Positions 35,899 through 48,793 of a stretch of DNA of 64,000 nucleotides are shown here, piece by piece. Every line of letters starts with the position of its first letter. The first letter of the stretch is position 1. The DNA is taken from assembly GCF_001447785.1 (NCBI RefSeq), contig NW_015167570.1, forward strand, positions 66,091 through 130,090, written 5' to 3'. Both the position numbers and the translations under genes were made by a program. The notes under the pieces are model-generated. The model did no database searches and was not told where the DNA came from. It was given only the letters and a program-made list of their open reading frames with translations. This DNA comes from Gekko japonicus. Taxonomy: Eukaryota.

Positions 35899-36310
35899 GT
35901 ATTTAAGCAGAAGATTATTGGGATATGTTTTGTTAAGTTAAAGTATCTTTACAGTTGAGTCACAATAAGGATTGTCACGTAAGTCTGTTAGTACATCAAG
36001 AAATTATATAATTTCATTATACAAAAATTGTTCAAGTTATAGGGAATTAATATTTGATGGTTTTAAAAATTTACCTTTCTTGGTAAAAATTAGGGGCATG
36101 ATCTAGTGTGCTATGAATACCGCTGAGTCTGAAGGGACTTGATATAGGGCCCAGTGAGTCCTCTTTCTCTCCCTAGGTACAGAAGGAGGCGTGTAAGCAT
36201 GCCTCATGGAACAATTCCTCCTAATTGTCCTGATCCTCGAATAATTTCTGCTCTGCAGAGGTGTGGTAGGCTGGATTGTTACATTGGACAGATAGCTTCA
36301 TCCCCTTCTG

Positions 36311-37285
36311 CATAGAATCATAGAGTTGGAAGGAGCCATACAGGCCATCTAGTCCAACCCCCTGCTGAATGCAGGGTCAGCATAAAGCATCCCTGACAAG
36401 TGTGAATCCAGCCGCTGCTTGAAGACTGCCAGTGAGGGGGAGCTCACCACCTCCCTAGGCAGCTGATTCCACTGCTGAAGTACTTTTACTATTAAAAATG
36501 CATCCTAATATCCAGCTGGTATCTTTCTGCTTGTAATTTAAACCCATTATTGCAAGTCCTATCCTCTGCTGCCAACCAGAACAGCTCCCTGATCTCTTCT
36601 GTGTGTCTGCTGCCAACCAGAACAGCTCCCTGATCTCTTCTGACAGCTTTCAAATACTTAAAGAGAGCAATCATATCCCCACCTCAGCCTTGTCTTCTTC
36701 AGACTGAACATTCCCAAGTCCCTCAGCTTTTCTTTGTAGGGCTTGGTCTCTAGGCCCCTAATCTTCTTTGTTGTCGTTCTCTGCACCTGCTCCGTTCTGT
36801 CCACATCCTTTTTGAAGACAGGTCTCAAAAATTGCACACAGTTCTCCAGGTGTGGCCTGACCAATGCAGTGTACAACAGGATTATGACATTTTGTGATTT
36901 GGATATTATGCTTCTGTTGATACGCCCCAAGATCACATTACCTTTTTGTGCCACTGCATCACACAGGCTGCTCATATTTAACTTACAATCCACCCATACC
37001 ACAAGATCTTGTTCACACACACTGCTGCCCGGAAGTGTGTACCATATTTAGTATGTGTGCTTCTCTTTTTTGTTACCCAAATGTACCTCTGCACTTATCC
37101 TTGTTGAATTGCATCTTTTCTAGTGTGTTCAGATCTTGTTGAATTCTGTATCTTCTTGGGTGTTTGCTGCTCCCCCCAATGTGGTGTCATCTACAAATTT
37201 AATGAGTAGTCCCTCCACCCCCTCATCCAGATCATTTATGAAAACATTGAAAAGTACTGGGCCTAGAACCAACCACTGTGGCACT
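36311..37285 (-). mobile_element. 5'-truncated CR1 LINE (different subfamily)
   Basis: RT motifs VLGPVLFNVFINDLDEGVEGLLIKFVDDT and [16 protein letters not shown]; CR1 3' tail at 36311. Confidence 0.92.
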
Positions 37286-37584
37286 GGATACCTCCCTCCC
37301 ATCATACTATCTGCTCTAGAGCGATCTATGGATAGGCACCTGGGTAGGATGAGAGGGCTCATTGGGCTATATAGCGGTCCCCTTTTTGGACTTTGCAGCA
37401 TCCAGAGTCCATGTTCTTAGTTTTGAAATGGTAATATTAGGGCAATATGTAGTACTTTTTCTTCTTAAACCAAGTAGACAGTTTACTGAGCTTGGCAGAT
37501 ATAAATATTAGAATAAGTGAATGCAGTATCATGTGTTTTACTCGGTTTTTTAATCTGACTTTTGTACTGGTTTCTTTCCTATAG

Positions 37585-37687
37585 TTTTAAGAAGAGTGAA
37601 AGTAACCTTTTTAGAAACTGTTCTGAGAATTGAACATGTGCCAGATAATTCTAAAAGTGGAACAGCACTTGAAATCCATATTGAGAA
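37585..37687 (+). CDS. ATG2B: ATG2B exon 4
   Basis: Encodes LRRVKVTFLETVLRIEHVPDNSKSGTALEIHIE; AG/GTAAGT. Confidence 0.95.
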
Positions 37688-38692
37688 GTAAGTAGTATTT
37701 TTTTTTCAAATTTAAAGTAAAACAGATTTTTTTTCATCAATATCCAGTGATTTACAGTATGGAAACTGATGGTTTCCAAAGCAACTTGAATGAGATATGT
37801 GTCTGTTGAGTGTTCTAGACATAAGGATTTTTCAGGGAGGAAAAGATGGGAGTTATTCTGCAAAACCTGAATCTTTACTGATGTTGTAGGACAGACTATA
37901 TATGCACAAAATACTTCTGGGCCTGCTTAGTACAGTAAATTTTTCCTGTTTCATTGGCTCCTGAGGCCTCTGTTCAGCCTGTAATGGTGACAGAATGTGG
38001 ATGGAAGTCTGATAGAACCTGAACTGTTTCCCCAGGGAACAAGCTGGTGATTCTCTTCATCCCTAATTACTCTGTGTATGCACACATATTTTTTTTTTAC
38101 CTCTGCCACCACTTAGTAGAGCTTTGAATGCCAAGTGTTTGTGGTCTCTGCTTTTTATTTGCTGTTTTCAAATTAATTTTCCATTTAAAGCTGTTCAGTT
38201 CAATTGTTTGGGTGGTTATTTATCATAAGATTTCCAAAGAAGCATCAGTGGTTGAAAGTTCAAGATCTAGGACTTCGATTTCATCTCACAAATAAGAAAA
38301 AGCTGATGAATATCTAGCCTTTGTCTTAAATTTCCTTGATCCAGAAAGTGTAACCCACATAGAGAAATAGACATTTTTTCATACAGACAGACTCAGTCTT
38401 CAAATGGGCAAAATGAGGAACATCCACTTCCAGCACTTGGGTCTGAATGGAGATGCTCTTTGCTGGCTGACAGTTTTGATTGGGGCATTTAAGCAGATAG
38501 CAAAGTGCGCTTACTAGAGGAAAACATGCTTTCGATTGCCCTGCAAGGATTTTAAAATTTAAACCGAATCTTTAAAAGTTTTGGTTATTAATCCTTAAGT
38601 AAATTTTAAGACACCTTTTTATTGCATGAGTTTTCAATGGGTTTTTTTTTTGTAGTCTGTCCTTAGTTCATAACTTTTTCCCACTCTTCCAG

Positions 38693-38855
38693 AACAATGT
38701 ACTGTGACGAAACCGCTGATGAATGCTCTGGAATTAATGTGCATCAGCCCACAGCCTTTGCTCACAAATTACTTCAGCTCTCAGGTGTTTCTCTCTTCTG
38801 GGATGAATTCCCTGCGTCATCAAAATCCTCTCCAGTGTGTTCAACTACACAGTTG
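38693..38855 (+). CDS. ATG2B: ATG2B exon 5
   Basis: Encodes TMYCDETADECSGINVHQPTAFAHKLLQLSGVSLFWDEFPASSKSSPVCSTTQL; AG/GT. Confidence 0.95.
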
Positions 38856-39569
38856 GTAAAAATATTTTAGATCTTAATATATACATATGTATAGTTCATC
38901 AGGTCTGCAACATATTTTGCAATTCAGTAGGTTATCTTCATGCATTTATGCATGGTAAAGCAATATTTTCCTGCTTCATTGGCTCCTGATCCTATAGATG
39001 CTTATTTTTTAAATTCAAGTTTCCTTCCTTGCCTACTATGGTGGATGGAGCGAGAACCAAATTTGGGTGACATGTACATCATAGATTGGATTTTGGCTTT
39101 GAAGAGTTAAAGTCATTATGAAGATTAGCAATAGAACTGTCTTTCAGCTCACCTTAGAGGGTTTTGGGGAGGGTAACTTGGTATTGTGGGTTCCTTGAAA
39201 GAGGGCAGGATACCAAGTATTGCAAATAAATAAACAGATAATTTTTCCAAGTGCAGCGTAATGTGAAGTATGCTCATAAAAATGAGATACTAAGATATTA
39301 TGGCTTTCTAGACTCTGTATCTTCCATGTTGCCTTTGGCCCAAAAGTTCTCACTTTGAAAGTAAAAAAAGTCTTAGAAAAAGTTTGCATTGCTTCATTCC
39401 AAGGTTTCATAACTTTGTCAGGTATTAAATAATGTAATGGTTTTGCTACAGCTGAAAAAACTGTTTAATTATTGCTGTATAATGCTGTCTTTGTATACAC
39501 AACAGTTGGCATATATAACGTTCTTACAGATCACGTCTTTTAGTTCCTTTTCTTCAATTTATTTTAAAG

Positions 39570-39749
39570 ACTACAGAACCAAAGCTTTCGCCTAGCTGGA
39601 ACCCTAAAATTGTGTATGAGCCCCACCCACAACTAGCAAGAAACTTGCCGGAGGTTTCTCCATCAGACCCCGTACAAATATGTAAACTGATCGGAGGAAT
39701 GGAGCTCATTCTTACATTAAAGCAAAACGAGGTGCTTCCTGGAGCAAAG
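39570..39749 (+). CDS. ATG2B: ATG2B exon 6
   Basis: Encodes TTEPKLSPSWNPKIVYEPHPQLARNLPEVSPSDPVQICKLIGGMELILTLKQNEVLPGAK; AG/GT. Confidence 0.93.
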
Positions 39750-41189
39750 GTTTGTTGTAGCATCCTATACATTTGTATTGTATAGTTGTTGGCAAAAATT
39801 ATAGTTGTGTTTGTTTAATGGTTTAGAGCATTTTAATACACCTTTCTCTGAAACCAGAGCCAAGGCAGGTTACAGTGGTAATAACAATATACATTTAATA
39901 ATCCTTAAAAACTAAAACCATTATATATTCCATAAAAACTACGAACATATATAATTAAAATCATGTGGCAGTGTCAGAAGCCCTCCTGAATAAATCCACC
40001 CTGCACAACATATGTTCTTTCCATTGCTGTGAATTACTCTGAGACCTAATGCAAGCACAGTGCCGGAGATTCTCTGTACTTTCCTCTTCCTTCCCCTTTC
40101 CCTGGATGTTTCTTTCTAGCGCTCTTCTGACTTCTAGACTGGCTGTTCTGCCGTGTCTAGAAGAAGAGAAGGGGTAAACTCATCAGGTTAGATCCTGTAT
40201 AGTACCAATAGAATATGTTGGTGGATGCGGATCTTGCCCACCCTCCTCTTTCCCCTCACAGCTGCCTGCAAGTGCTGAAAAGGTGATGCTGGAACTGAGG
40301 CACCCACATGGACTAAAAGGCATGCAAAACAAGTGGCTGCCGTGAGGAAGAGAGAGCAGTCAAAATAATCTCTCCTCTTGCATCCGTGGTGCCTCTGCCC
40401 TCAGTGGAAGCCTTCTTGTGGCAGCACAGCAACTGTATAAGACTCTTTAGGGATATTACCTGAGCGTCCTTCTGTTTCCCTTCTGGTTCAAATGGCACTC
40501 AAGAGGCAGTGGTAGCAGGATGTGGAAACCTAACAGCTGACAATTTCAGTAGCAGCAAGACATGTAGCAATTTTTATTCACTCATTGGGTGAGCATCATA
40601 GTCCTCATTCTCTTTTGACCTACTAATGAGTCAGTGTATCAAGCAAAAAGCTTTGTTCATGTTTTGAACTGGAAAGTATGTGAAGTATCCTGACTCTTTG
40701 TGGCCACCTCAAAATCTGGAAAGCAAGAAGGTGTCTAAAGAAAATGTAATCAATTCTCTTTGGAATTGTTGGTCTCGCATAACTGAGTGCTGTCTCTAAG
40801 CTACATGGCAACATCTTTAGGGAACAGGCATCATCACATTGTTTATAACAGTGGAATCAATTCAGAAAGAACTACAGTGACAACTTACAGAGCTGATTTT
40901 CTCCTTCTCAGCAGACTTTTTAAAACAGGATTTGTTGACAGCAGTATCCATTGTGGGAGAAATCAGGAAAAACAGAAAAGGGAGGGGAAAGTACAGAACC
41001 AGAGGGAAAGACAGGTTTAGAGCTTTTACTGTTGAAAGTATATCTGAATACTGGTCTTCTTACATTGGTAGCCTGTCTATACCTCCCCAGATGAAGAGAA
41101 AATTAAAATAATTTTAAAGTTTAGGAGGGGCAACAAGAAGAAAAAATGTTTTTACCCTTGCATCTTTGTATAGCATATACTTAATAATT

Positions 41190-41400
41190 GGATGCCATCA
41201 AGTCACAACTGACTTATGGTCACCCTTTAGGGTTTTCAAGGTAAAAGATGAGCAGCTGTGATTTGCCACTGCCTGCCTCTGTGTAGTGACCTTGGACTTC
41301 CTTCATGGTCTCCCATCCAAATACTAACCATGGCTTAGCTTCTAACCCTGCTTAGCTTCCAAACTGTGACACGCTCGGGCAAGTCTGTGCTATTCAGGCT
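41190..41400 (-). mobile_element. 5S rRNA-derived SINE
   Basis: Reverse complement of the 8483 family (GGTCTCCCATCCAAATACTAACCA..CCCTGCTTAGCTTCC). Confidence 0.7.
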
Positions 41401-41655
41401 GTTATACTTGCCATAAAAAATCCAGCTGAGATCTTTTAAGTATTGAAAATATCAATAGTTGGCTTTCATTATCAAGATGAGTATATAGTTTGTGATGAAT
41501 GTATAGTTTGGCTGACTCTGGTATTTGTACAGGACCACGTAGAACAAGGAATTTAAATGAGAAAAGAAATAATCTGTTAGGGTTCATTGGGTAACCTGTG
41601 CAAAATCTGATAGTTGAAAAAAATTGTCTTATTTCATGCACTTTGTTTTTTAAAG

Positions 41656-41752
41656 TTGGATGTAGATGGACAGATAGATTCCATACACCTGTTCCTGTCA
41701 CCCAGGCAGGTACATCTTCTGTTGGACCTGCTAGCAGCCATTGCTGGACCAG
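41656..41752 (+). CDS. ATG2B: ATG2B exon 7 (GC donor)
   Basis: Encodes LDVDGQIDSIHLFLSPRQVHLLLDLLAAIAGP; donor CAG|GCAAGT; phase 1 fits exon 8. Confidence 0.92.
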
Positions 41753-41848
41753 GCAAGTAGAAACTGCATTGTCTACTTTTGTCAGAGGGGAACACTGTTG
41801 TATTATAAGCTTGCACAATTAAATTATCCAAACTTTAAATATTTTTGA

Positions 41849-41948
41849 CATTAGGGTGACATTTAAGTTAGTCAGTTTTTATTAGGTTCAATTTATTCAT
41901 TAGGGTGACATTTAAGTTAGTCAGTTTTTATTAGGTTCAATTTATTCA
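41849..41948. repeat. Exact 49-bp tandem duplication
   Basis: CATTAGGGTGACATTTAAGTTAGTCAGTTTTTATTAGGTTCAATTTATT present twice. Confidence 0.9.
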
Positions 41949-42173
41949 AATAGGGAGGGAGGTTAAAACATGTGTCTAAATCTCTCCTGTAAACTTAAGC
42001 AACTGGTTTTGGCTGGGTTAAACCTGCAACTGTAAGCCTTTTATTTGTATTTCAATAAAATACCATACTAGGTTAAAAACAAATACACACTAAAAAACCT
42101 AAAAACATTACTGTTTAATGTTGGAGACATTGAAAATATCCCGAGTAGGTTTAATTCCAGACGGTTGACTAAT

Positions 42174-42383
42174 CAGTGTTCCCTCTAAGCTGAGTTAGTG
42201 TGAGCTAGCTCACAATTTTTTAGGCTCTGGCTCACACATTTTTGTCTTAGCTCAGGAAGGATGGCTCCAGAGCAAACTAGTTTATGCAGCAGCCAAATCG
42301 CTGGCTCACAACTTTAATACCGGTAGCTCACAAAGTAGAATTTTTGCTCACAAGACTCCACAGCTTAGAGGGAGGGAGCATTG
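42174..42383 (+). mobile_element. hAT-type MITE, family copy 3
   Basis: Homologous to the 23352 copy; TSD poorly preserved. Confidence 0.82.
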
Positions 42384-42531
42384 ACTGTAATAGTCACTTA
42401 TTTGTTGAAGCCAAAGCATGGGAGGGTTCATTAGTTCAGAAGTTGCTGCACAGCTGTATGGCAAAGGGATTTTTGTTTTCTCTGGGAACTGAATTAGAAG
42501 TCAGGTCTCCGTATCCTGTTTTTGGCAACAG

Positions 42532-42714
42532 AAAATCCCAGTCGGATGGAATTGTCTAATAAGGATAGGAAAAATCGACCAATGCAACAGGAAGATGAGT
42601 ATCGGATCCAAATGGAGCTTAAGCGCTACTTAAGAAAAGACACTTTGCCAGCAGGAGCACAGTCTGATCCGAGTTTTTATGAGACTGAGGCAGCCAGAAC
42701 TCCTTCCAGTCGTG
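42532..42714 (+). CDS. ATG2B: ATG2B exon 8
   Basis: Encodes NPSRMELSNKDRKNRPMQQEDEYRIQMELKRYLRKDTLPAGAQSDPSFYETEAARTPSSR; AG/GTGAG. Confidence 0.95.
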
Positions 42715-43166
42715 GTGAGCAGCTATGAGCATCCTAGGATGTGGGTATATTATTAGATCAGTGAAAATGTACCATGTGGAATAGGCAGCACTGAGAGATG
42801 TTCAGCCACTTTTTAATGGTTTTCAGTCTACTTGCTTTTATGTCCCAAACTACTGGTAGGTCAGGGTCCGCATGTGGATTGTCTTTAGCGAATCCTTTCC
42901 TTAGGTGGGTTGCACCAGTGGTGCTCCTCTCACTTTCTCTTTGTTATTTAACATTTAAGCCATACACACCTGTAATTAAGAGATGTGAAGGAGGGCAAGG
43001 GCCATTGTGTCTTTTGGCAGTAATCTACAGTATGTGAGTTTGTCTAAACATGATCTGTATTAGTCACATAACCTGCTGGGTTTTCCTAGAATAATATTGA
43101 CTTCTGAATACTCTAGCATTAATATTTTTCATTTCAAACAAGGCATGTTCTTTTTTTTCCCTTCAG

Positions 43167-43321
43167 AGGAAGAGGTTTTCTTCTCGATGGCTGACATGGA
43201 GATGTCTCATAGTCTGTCTTCTCTTCCACCTCTTGGAGACCCACCAACTATGGATTTAGACCTTTCTTTAACAAGTACATATACTACTACTCCTGCAGGA
43301 TCTCCACTTAGTACAGTAGTG
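43167..43321 (+). CDS. ATG2B: ATG2B exon 9
   Basis: Encodes EEVFFSMADMEMSHSLSSLPPLGDPPTMDLDLSLTSTYTTTPAGSPLSTVV; AG/GTATGT. Confidence 0.95.
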
Positions 43322-43391
43322 GTATGTTACTCTTAATTATTGCATCTCTGTTCAGTAAATGAGTTTGTGGTATCCTTGTATTTAGATATAA

Positions 43392-43571
43392 AGGGCTCTT
43401 TTTGTAGCAGGAACTCCTTTGCATATTAGGCAACACACTCCTAGTGTAGCCAATCCTCCAAGAGCTTACAGAGCTCCTCTTACAGCGACTACCGTAAGCT
43501 CTTGGAGGATTGGCTACACTAGGAGTGTGTTGCCTAATATGCAAAGGAGTTCCTGCTACAAAAAGAGCCCT
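43392..43571. mobile_element. Palindromic (fold-back) MITE with 78-bp perfect arms
   Basis: 43392-43469 is the exact reverse complement of 43494-43571; 24-nt loop. Confidence 0.85.
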
Positions 43572-45122
43572 AATACCAGCTCCATTTGACCAGAATGATT
43601 TCCAGTAAGGTTTGGGCAAGGTTTGGAGGAGGATATTATGCCTCAGAAAAGCACTGTCAGTGCTCTGAATCTTCACACCTTGTGCCTAGTGTGGGCGAGA
43701 CATAATTTGATATGGCCTTGCTGTTGTTTTCTGTGATCTGTTTCTGTTTATCTGCATGTGTGTTTGAGTATTTCTGCCCAAGAAATGATGGTAGAAAAAG
43801 TCAAAGTCTACCTTCAGCTGAGAAAAATGTGGGTATTGACACGGTCTACACCTGGTAGAGCTATTTGAACAAGAACAAGAACAGCCAGTTGGAGAATCTT
43901 TGTACTGAGCATTGTAGAGATGAGAGGCAACATTTTTAAAGGAAGAAAGGAAAGTCCTGGCCTTTAGTGGCTCCTACACAGGTGTTGAAGGGGGATTCCC
44001 TTGATGTTCCTAATGCAGCCTCCTCACTGTGTGCTGCCTACCTACCATGTTATATCTCAGTTTGGCTTCACATAGACCTCATCAGCAGATGTTACTAGCC
44101 TGTTTATAAGGATAGATCTGTTGATATATTATACATCTGTTGATATGTTAGCCAGTTAATATGCTTGATCTAATTGCCTCAGGTTTAATATTGAGTGTTA
44201 CCCAGAATGGTCAAATTCTGATATATAAACAACTGTAGTAACCTTTCTGTGTTACTGCTTCATCTTACTAATGTTCACCAGGAATAATGTTGCATATAAG
44301 CTATCACAGTGTCTAGAAAATCTAATTTATGTCAGATTTTACTAGGATCTAAAACATATTTTCAAGCTAGAGGGACTTACACATTCTGCAGAACACTTTT
44401 TCTGAGAGAAACTGCCTGCTTCCTCTTCTGTAATAGAGGCTGAACCCTACCAACTTTTCTGTTCTATCTCACCCACTCTTCTTCTTACTGCAGCCCCCAT
44501 CCAGCATGGCTTTTGTGCATATGAGAGCCAGCCTGACATAACTGAGTGCCAACCTGGACCTGGGACAGCAGAGTTAGAATCCCTATTCTGTCCATGGAGC
44601 CTTAGCAGGTGACCTTAGATGCATCACAATCTCTCACCCTCACCTAGCTACAAGGTAGTTGTTGTGATGTTATGGTGGAGGAGGGGAGAGTGACGTGATC
44701 AGCTGCTTTGGGTCCCCACAAGGGGGGAAAGAAGTCTATAAATAAATAACAGCTTAAAAATAGGCCCTGCAACCCATGATATCCCCTTTTGGGAGGTCAA
44801 AAGGTGCCCCGTCCTTTTTCACCAGCAGAGAAGTTGGTAGGAACCAGCCCTTAAGACCTAGTCCCAAATGTAACTCATGACCCCTGATAACAGCAGCTGT
44901 ACATCCCAAGGCCCAGGTGATTTTTTCCCCCCATCAAGCAAAATATCATGAAAATAACAGAACCACAAAATATGTCACAATTGCGAGACACGTCTTCAGA
45001 ATAACATCCTGGGATACTATTCATAGAAGAGTATGTACCAAGTGTATTTTAATGTTTTCTGTTCCATTTGATAAGTTAATATGATATTGGTGTAATAGGA
45101 ACTTCTTGTTCATTTGTTTTAG

Positions 45123-45234
45123 CAGCAGCCAGCATGGGGAGATTTTTCTGATCAAAACAAGCAGGAACCACAGCAAATAAGAGTTCCATCATTTACACCC
45201 AGCATAGTCCACCCAGCTCCATTAAGAAGGACTT
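45123..45234 (+). CDS. ATG2B: ATG2B exon 10
   Basis: Encodes QQPAWGDFSDQNKQEPQQIRVPSFTPSIVHPAPLRRT; acceptor TAG|CAGCAG, donor GTAAGT. Confidence 0.9.
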
Positions 45235-46210
45235 GTAAGTAAATGTGGGGGCTTGCTGTCTCATTTTCTTGAAGTTTGGTGGAAACATAGAAATCATCAT
45301 TGCATTGTGTTCTTTTCTCACCCCCCCACCCCCCCAGTTTGTGGGTAGTGCAAGATGATAATATATTTTTTCATTTGGTGTTTAAGGAACTTGTATTCCT
45401 TTTAGTTTAAAAGCAAGATGGGAGTTTGTAGGCAGTGTGTTTTAGTTTAAAGACCATTTTGAAGTCAGCATTAAGATTCTCGAAGGTCCTTACTGCAATC
45501 TTGTGGTTTCTGAGGTCTGAATCATGATTTTGAATAGTTGTTAATGGGTTGCATCCAGCTGTCTATGCACAGAAGGCACACAAAGTTGTCTCCATTCCTG
45601 AAGCCCCTCCTGACCCACAGAAAACTCTTTCCTGGAGACATGGGATTACATGAGGGTATAGCTGTGCAGGTTGGAGGACTGAAGTGAGAAGGGACAAGGT
45701 GGCAAAACCGCTTCCCCCCTTCAGCAGAGCTGTGTTTGATAAAGAGGGAAGAGGAGTAACTTCACTGCCCTTCAGCACTCTGACCCAAGCAGGTATTCTT
45801 CTACTTGGGTCCTCCAACTCAGGAATCTTTCCAAGGGTGGGAAGGGGCTACAGAAACAGAGGGGCATACAGGAAAACTCCACATTCCATGCATGGATGGC
45901 TGAGATTGCCACTTTTGCTGGCAATCTGGATATGTTTCTTTTTTTAATCTGTGAGGTGATCTTTGCATGCTTGGACATTCACTTATACTGGAAAGAAATA
46001 TATTCAATAACTGAAGGAATTTTTACCAAAATGGGTTTCTGAAATGGGAACATCTTATTAGTGAAAGACAGATCTGGTTGCCATAGTTTGCATACAGTTA
46101 TCTTTGTGGCAATGTTAATCCTTGCTATTTTTTTAAATAATTAAAACTGAATTTACTACATGGTTTATATTTACAGATATAGTAACAAAATTAACTGTAT
46201 TTAATTTCAG

Positions 46211-46472
46211 CTCTTCCATCTAGATCTGTCTCAGTGGATGAATCTAGACCTGAACTTCTTTTTAGGCTAGTAGTGGGTGCTTTCTCAATGTCGGTGCTTC
46301 ATATCGATCCTTTACCACCGCCTGAAACGTCGTTGAATGTTAGTCCGCTGACACCAATGGCACAGGATTTTTTTACCCGAATAGAAAAGGTTGATCCAGT
46401 TAAGTTTCCAATGGAAGACTTTCTTTCCCTCCGAGAAGTGTTTGCGAAGGCTTGTTCACATGATCATCTTAG
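46211..46472 (+). CDS. ATG2B: ATG2B exon 11
   Basis: Encodes LPSRSVSVDESRPELLFRLVVGAFSMSVLHIDPLPPP...ACSHDHLR; AG/GT. Confidence 0.95.
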
Positions 46473-47572
46473 GTACAATTTTGCTTATTAATTAGTCAAT
46501 GCAAGAAACACATTCAGGCATTCTCTATGAGCTCTTTGGCCATTTTAAGCTTGTTCTGTAATATGTGAAACTAGCATACTTGAGGGATTCGGACAGTGGG
46601 ATTATTAAAGCATGCATTTTTCCTAATCCTGTCAGTAGCAGGTATGGTGGGTCAGGTCCCATGGAGCATTTCCAGTTGCCATGAACTCTTGTACAAGCGT
46701 AAGCAAAAAGAAAGTGATGCAAGTAGCCCTTGCATGAAATCAGCTTTACTGTATTGCGTCTTAACATTTCTCCTTGTACAAGACATCACAGAAGTCACAT
46801 TTCAGCAAACCCCCTCCCTGATAATGACCTTCGGTCAATTAATACTGCGCCTTAAGGTCGGACTGTAATGACTGCATCAGGTAATTTTTTTATTTTTGTA
46901 TGCAACAACTCTGCTTTGAAATGCAAATCAGGGTTTAATTTTCTAGTAGCTCTTGTGCGATGTCGCGCACAGACAGTACTGCACCACCCAGCAATATGGT
47001 AGAAAACCTGTGAGCATACTTGCAATATACTGCATAACCACTGTTTTATTCAGTACTTAAATGGGGGAAGACACTGTAATTTACCTTATGGCATCTTAAA
47101 TGTTCAGATGAAACGCAGAGGTGCCTGATTACAAGCTAATATTCTCTGCATAATTCTTAATCTACTTTCATATGCACCCTACAGAGACATAGAACTCTTA
47201 AACTCCCCCTGATAGTGGAGGAGTCAGTATCCTTTAATTGTTTTCCATTAGTTAAATGAATGAGTGAGGTCTGTGTTTGTCAGAGTTCCAGAACCCACGA
47301 AGGAAAATTAGATTAGAACGGTGATCTTTTTGAACTGTGCAGTAGAAACAGTCTTTGGACAAAGAATAGGTATTGTTTTAGAATGGAAATTAAGGGTCTG
47401 TGAGGAGTTGAAGAAGGGGGGGAATAAGCACCTGGAAAAATCCCCTGCCCTAACCCAGTGTGATGTATTGGTTAGTGAGACTAGCATTCAAGAGATCTAG
47501 ATTGAAATCCCCACACTGCCATGAGTCTACTGGAGTTACCTTGGGCCAGTTACTGTTTCTCAGACTAACTTA

Positions 47573-48103
47573 GGCCCCTGCCACACGGGCAGGAAACTGC
47601 AGAGGAGAAGTGTGGCTGTTTGCCCCGGGGCAAAATAACATGCAGTAAAGCGATCAGACCTACTGTGGAGGTTCTGTGGAGGTACTGTGGAGGTTCCATG
47701 GCAAGGGAGAGGTGCCGATCACAACACACGCCTGCGCGCAATGAAGAAGCGCGCGGCGCGGCGAACTGGTTTTCTTTTTTTGTGTACACTACGAATGCGC
47801 ATGCTCCGTTGGGTGCGTGTGCGCATCCACGGAGACGTCGGGAAAAAAAAACCCTTTTCCGCAAGGGGACATGGGTGGGCGCCGGATACCACCGGAAACG
47901 CGATCAGACGCCCGCCCTTGCCCCGCAGTTTCTGGAAACTAGTACCTCCAAGGTACTAGTTTTTTGCTGCGCTTTTTCGGCAGGAAGCCTCAGTTGTGCC
48001 ACGGAAGCGCTACGCTTCCCAGATGTGCTGGTGAGATCGCGACCGGAAACTCCGCTTGTCTTCCGTATCTCTTGCGTGGCTAATGTTGCGTGTGACCGCA
48101 GCC
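47573..48103. mobile_element. CpG-rich non-autonomous DNA element (PIF/Harbinger-like termini) inserted in a SINE
   Basis: Imperfect TIRs GGCCCCTGCCACACG / CGTGTGACCGCAGCC; TTA/ATA flanks; sharp GC shift. Confidence 0.5.
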
Positions 48104-48642
48104 ATAGTTTACCAAGTTGCTGTGAATCTTCCCCTCCCAGGGTACAATAAACATTTGTGGGCTTGAGTAGGCCAGTTACACTATTTCCCTCTTTTCTGTG
48201 ACTCTTGGAAAATGTTCAAGTCTCACCGAGACATTTGAGGGGGAAGGGAGGATTTTTCTTTTGGATTAATTTGCCAAGCCATGTTTTCTTCCTACTTCTT
48301 TCTGTGTTCGTGGATACCTCTGTCTTTTCTGTGTGCGATCCGGTTTTCCTGCTTTAGTGGTTGGCACAAGCTACCCACTTAGTTATTGGATAAGGAAATA
48401 TTTAATATGATGCTAGGGGAGTCAGAAAATTGTTTCCTTGGCTCTGATCTCTTTATAGTGTACGTAATCTAATATTGAGTGTTCTAGAGAAGGGGCTAAG
48501 CATCGATGTGGTAGAACTGGGTAGCTGCTGTTTGTGTTTCATTCCAGGCAAATTTGCAGTTTAATGACGTGTTTCCACAAATTGTAAATTAAATGCGTGC
48601 ATCCAATTCATACACATTTTATGTATTTGTTTCTCATAATAG

Positions 48643-48793
48643 ATTTATAGGTACAGGCATTAAGGTGTCATATGAGCAAAGACAAAGATCAACCTCTCGT
48701 TCCTTGAGTACAGATCTATCTGTGGGGCAAATGGAACTTCTGGAATGCCTTTTTTCTACTGACTCTCATTCTGAAATACCTCACTATACAGAG
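48643..48793 (+). CDS. ATG2B: ATG2B exon 12
   Basis: Encodes FIGTGIKVSYEQRQRSTSRSLSTDLSVGQMELLECLFSTDSHSEIPHYTE; AG/GT. Confidence 0.95.

Noticed and set aside
41849-41948. TTAGGG-containing 49-bp duplication as interstitial telomere or CRISPR-like array
   Set aside because: One TTAGGG per unit, two abutting units and no spacers; an ordinary tandem duplication.
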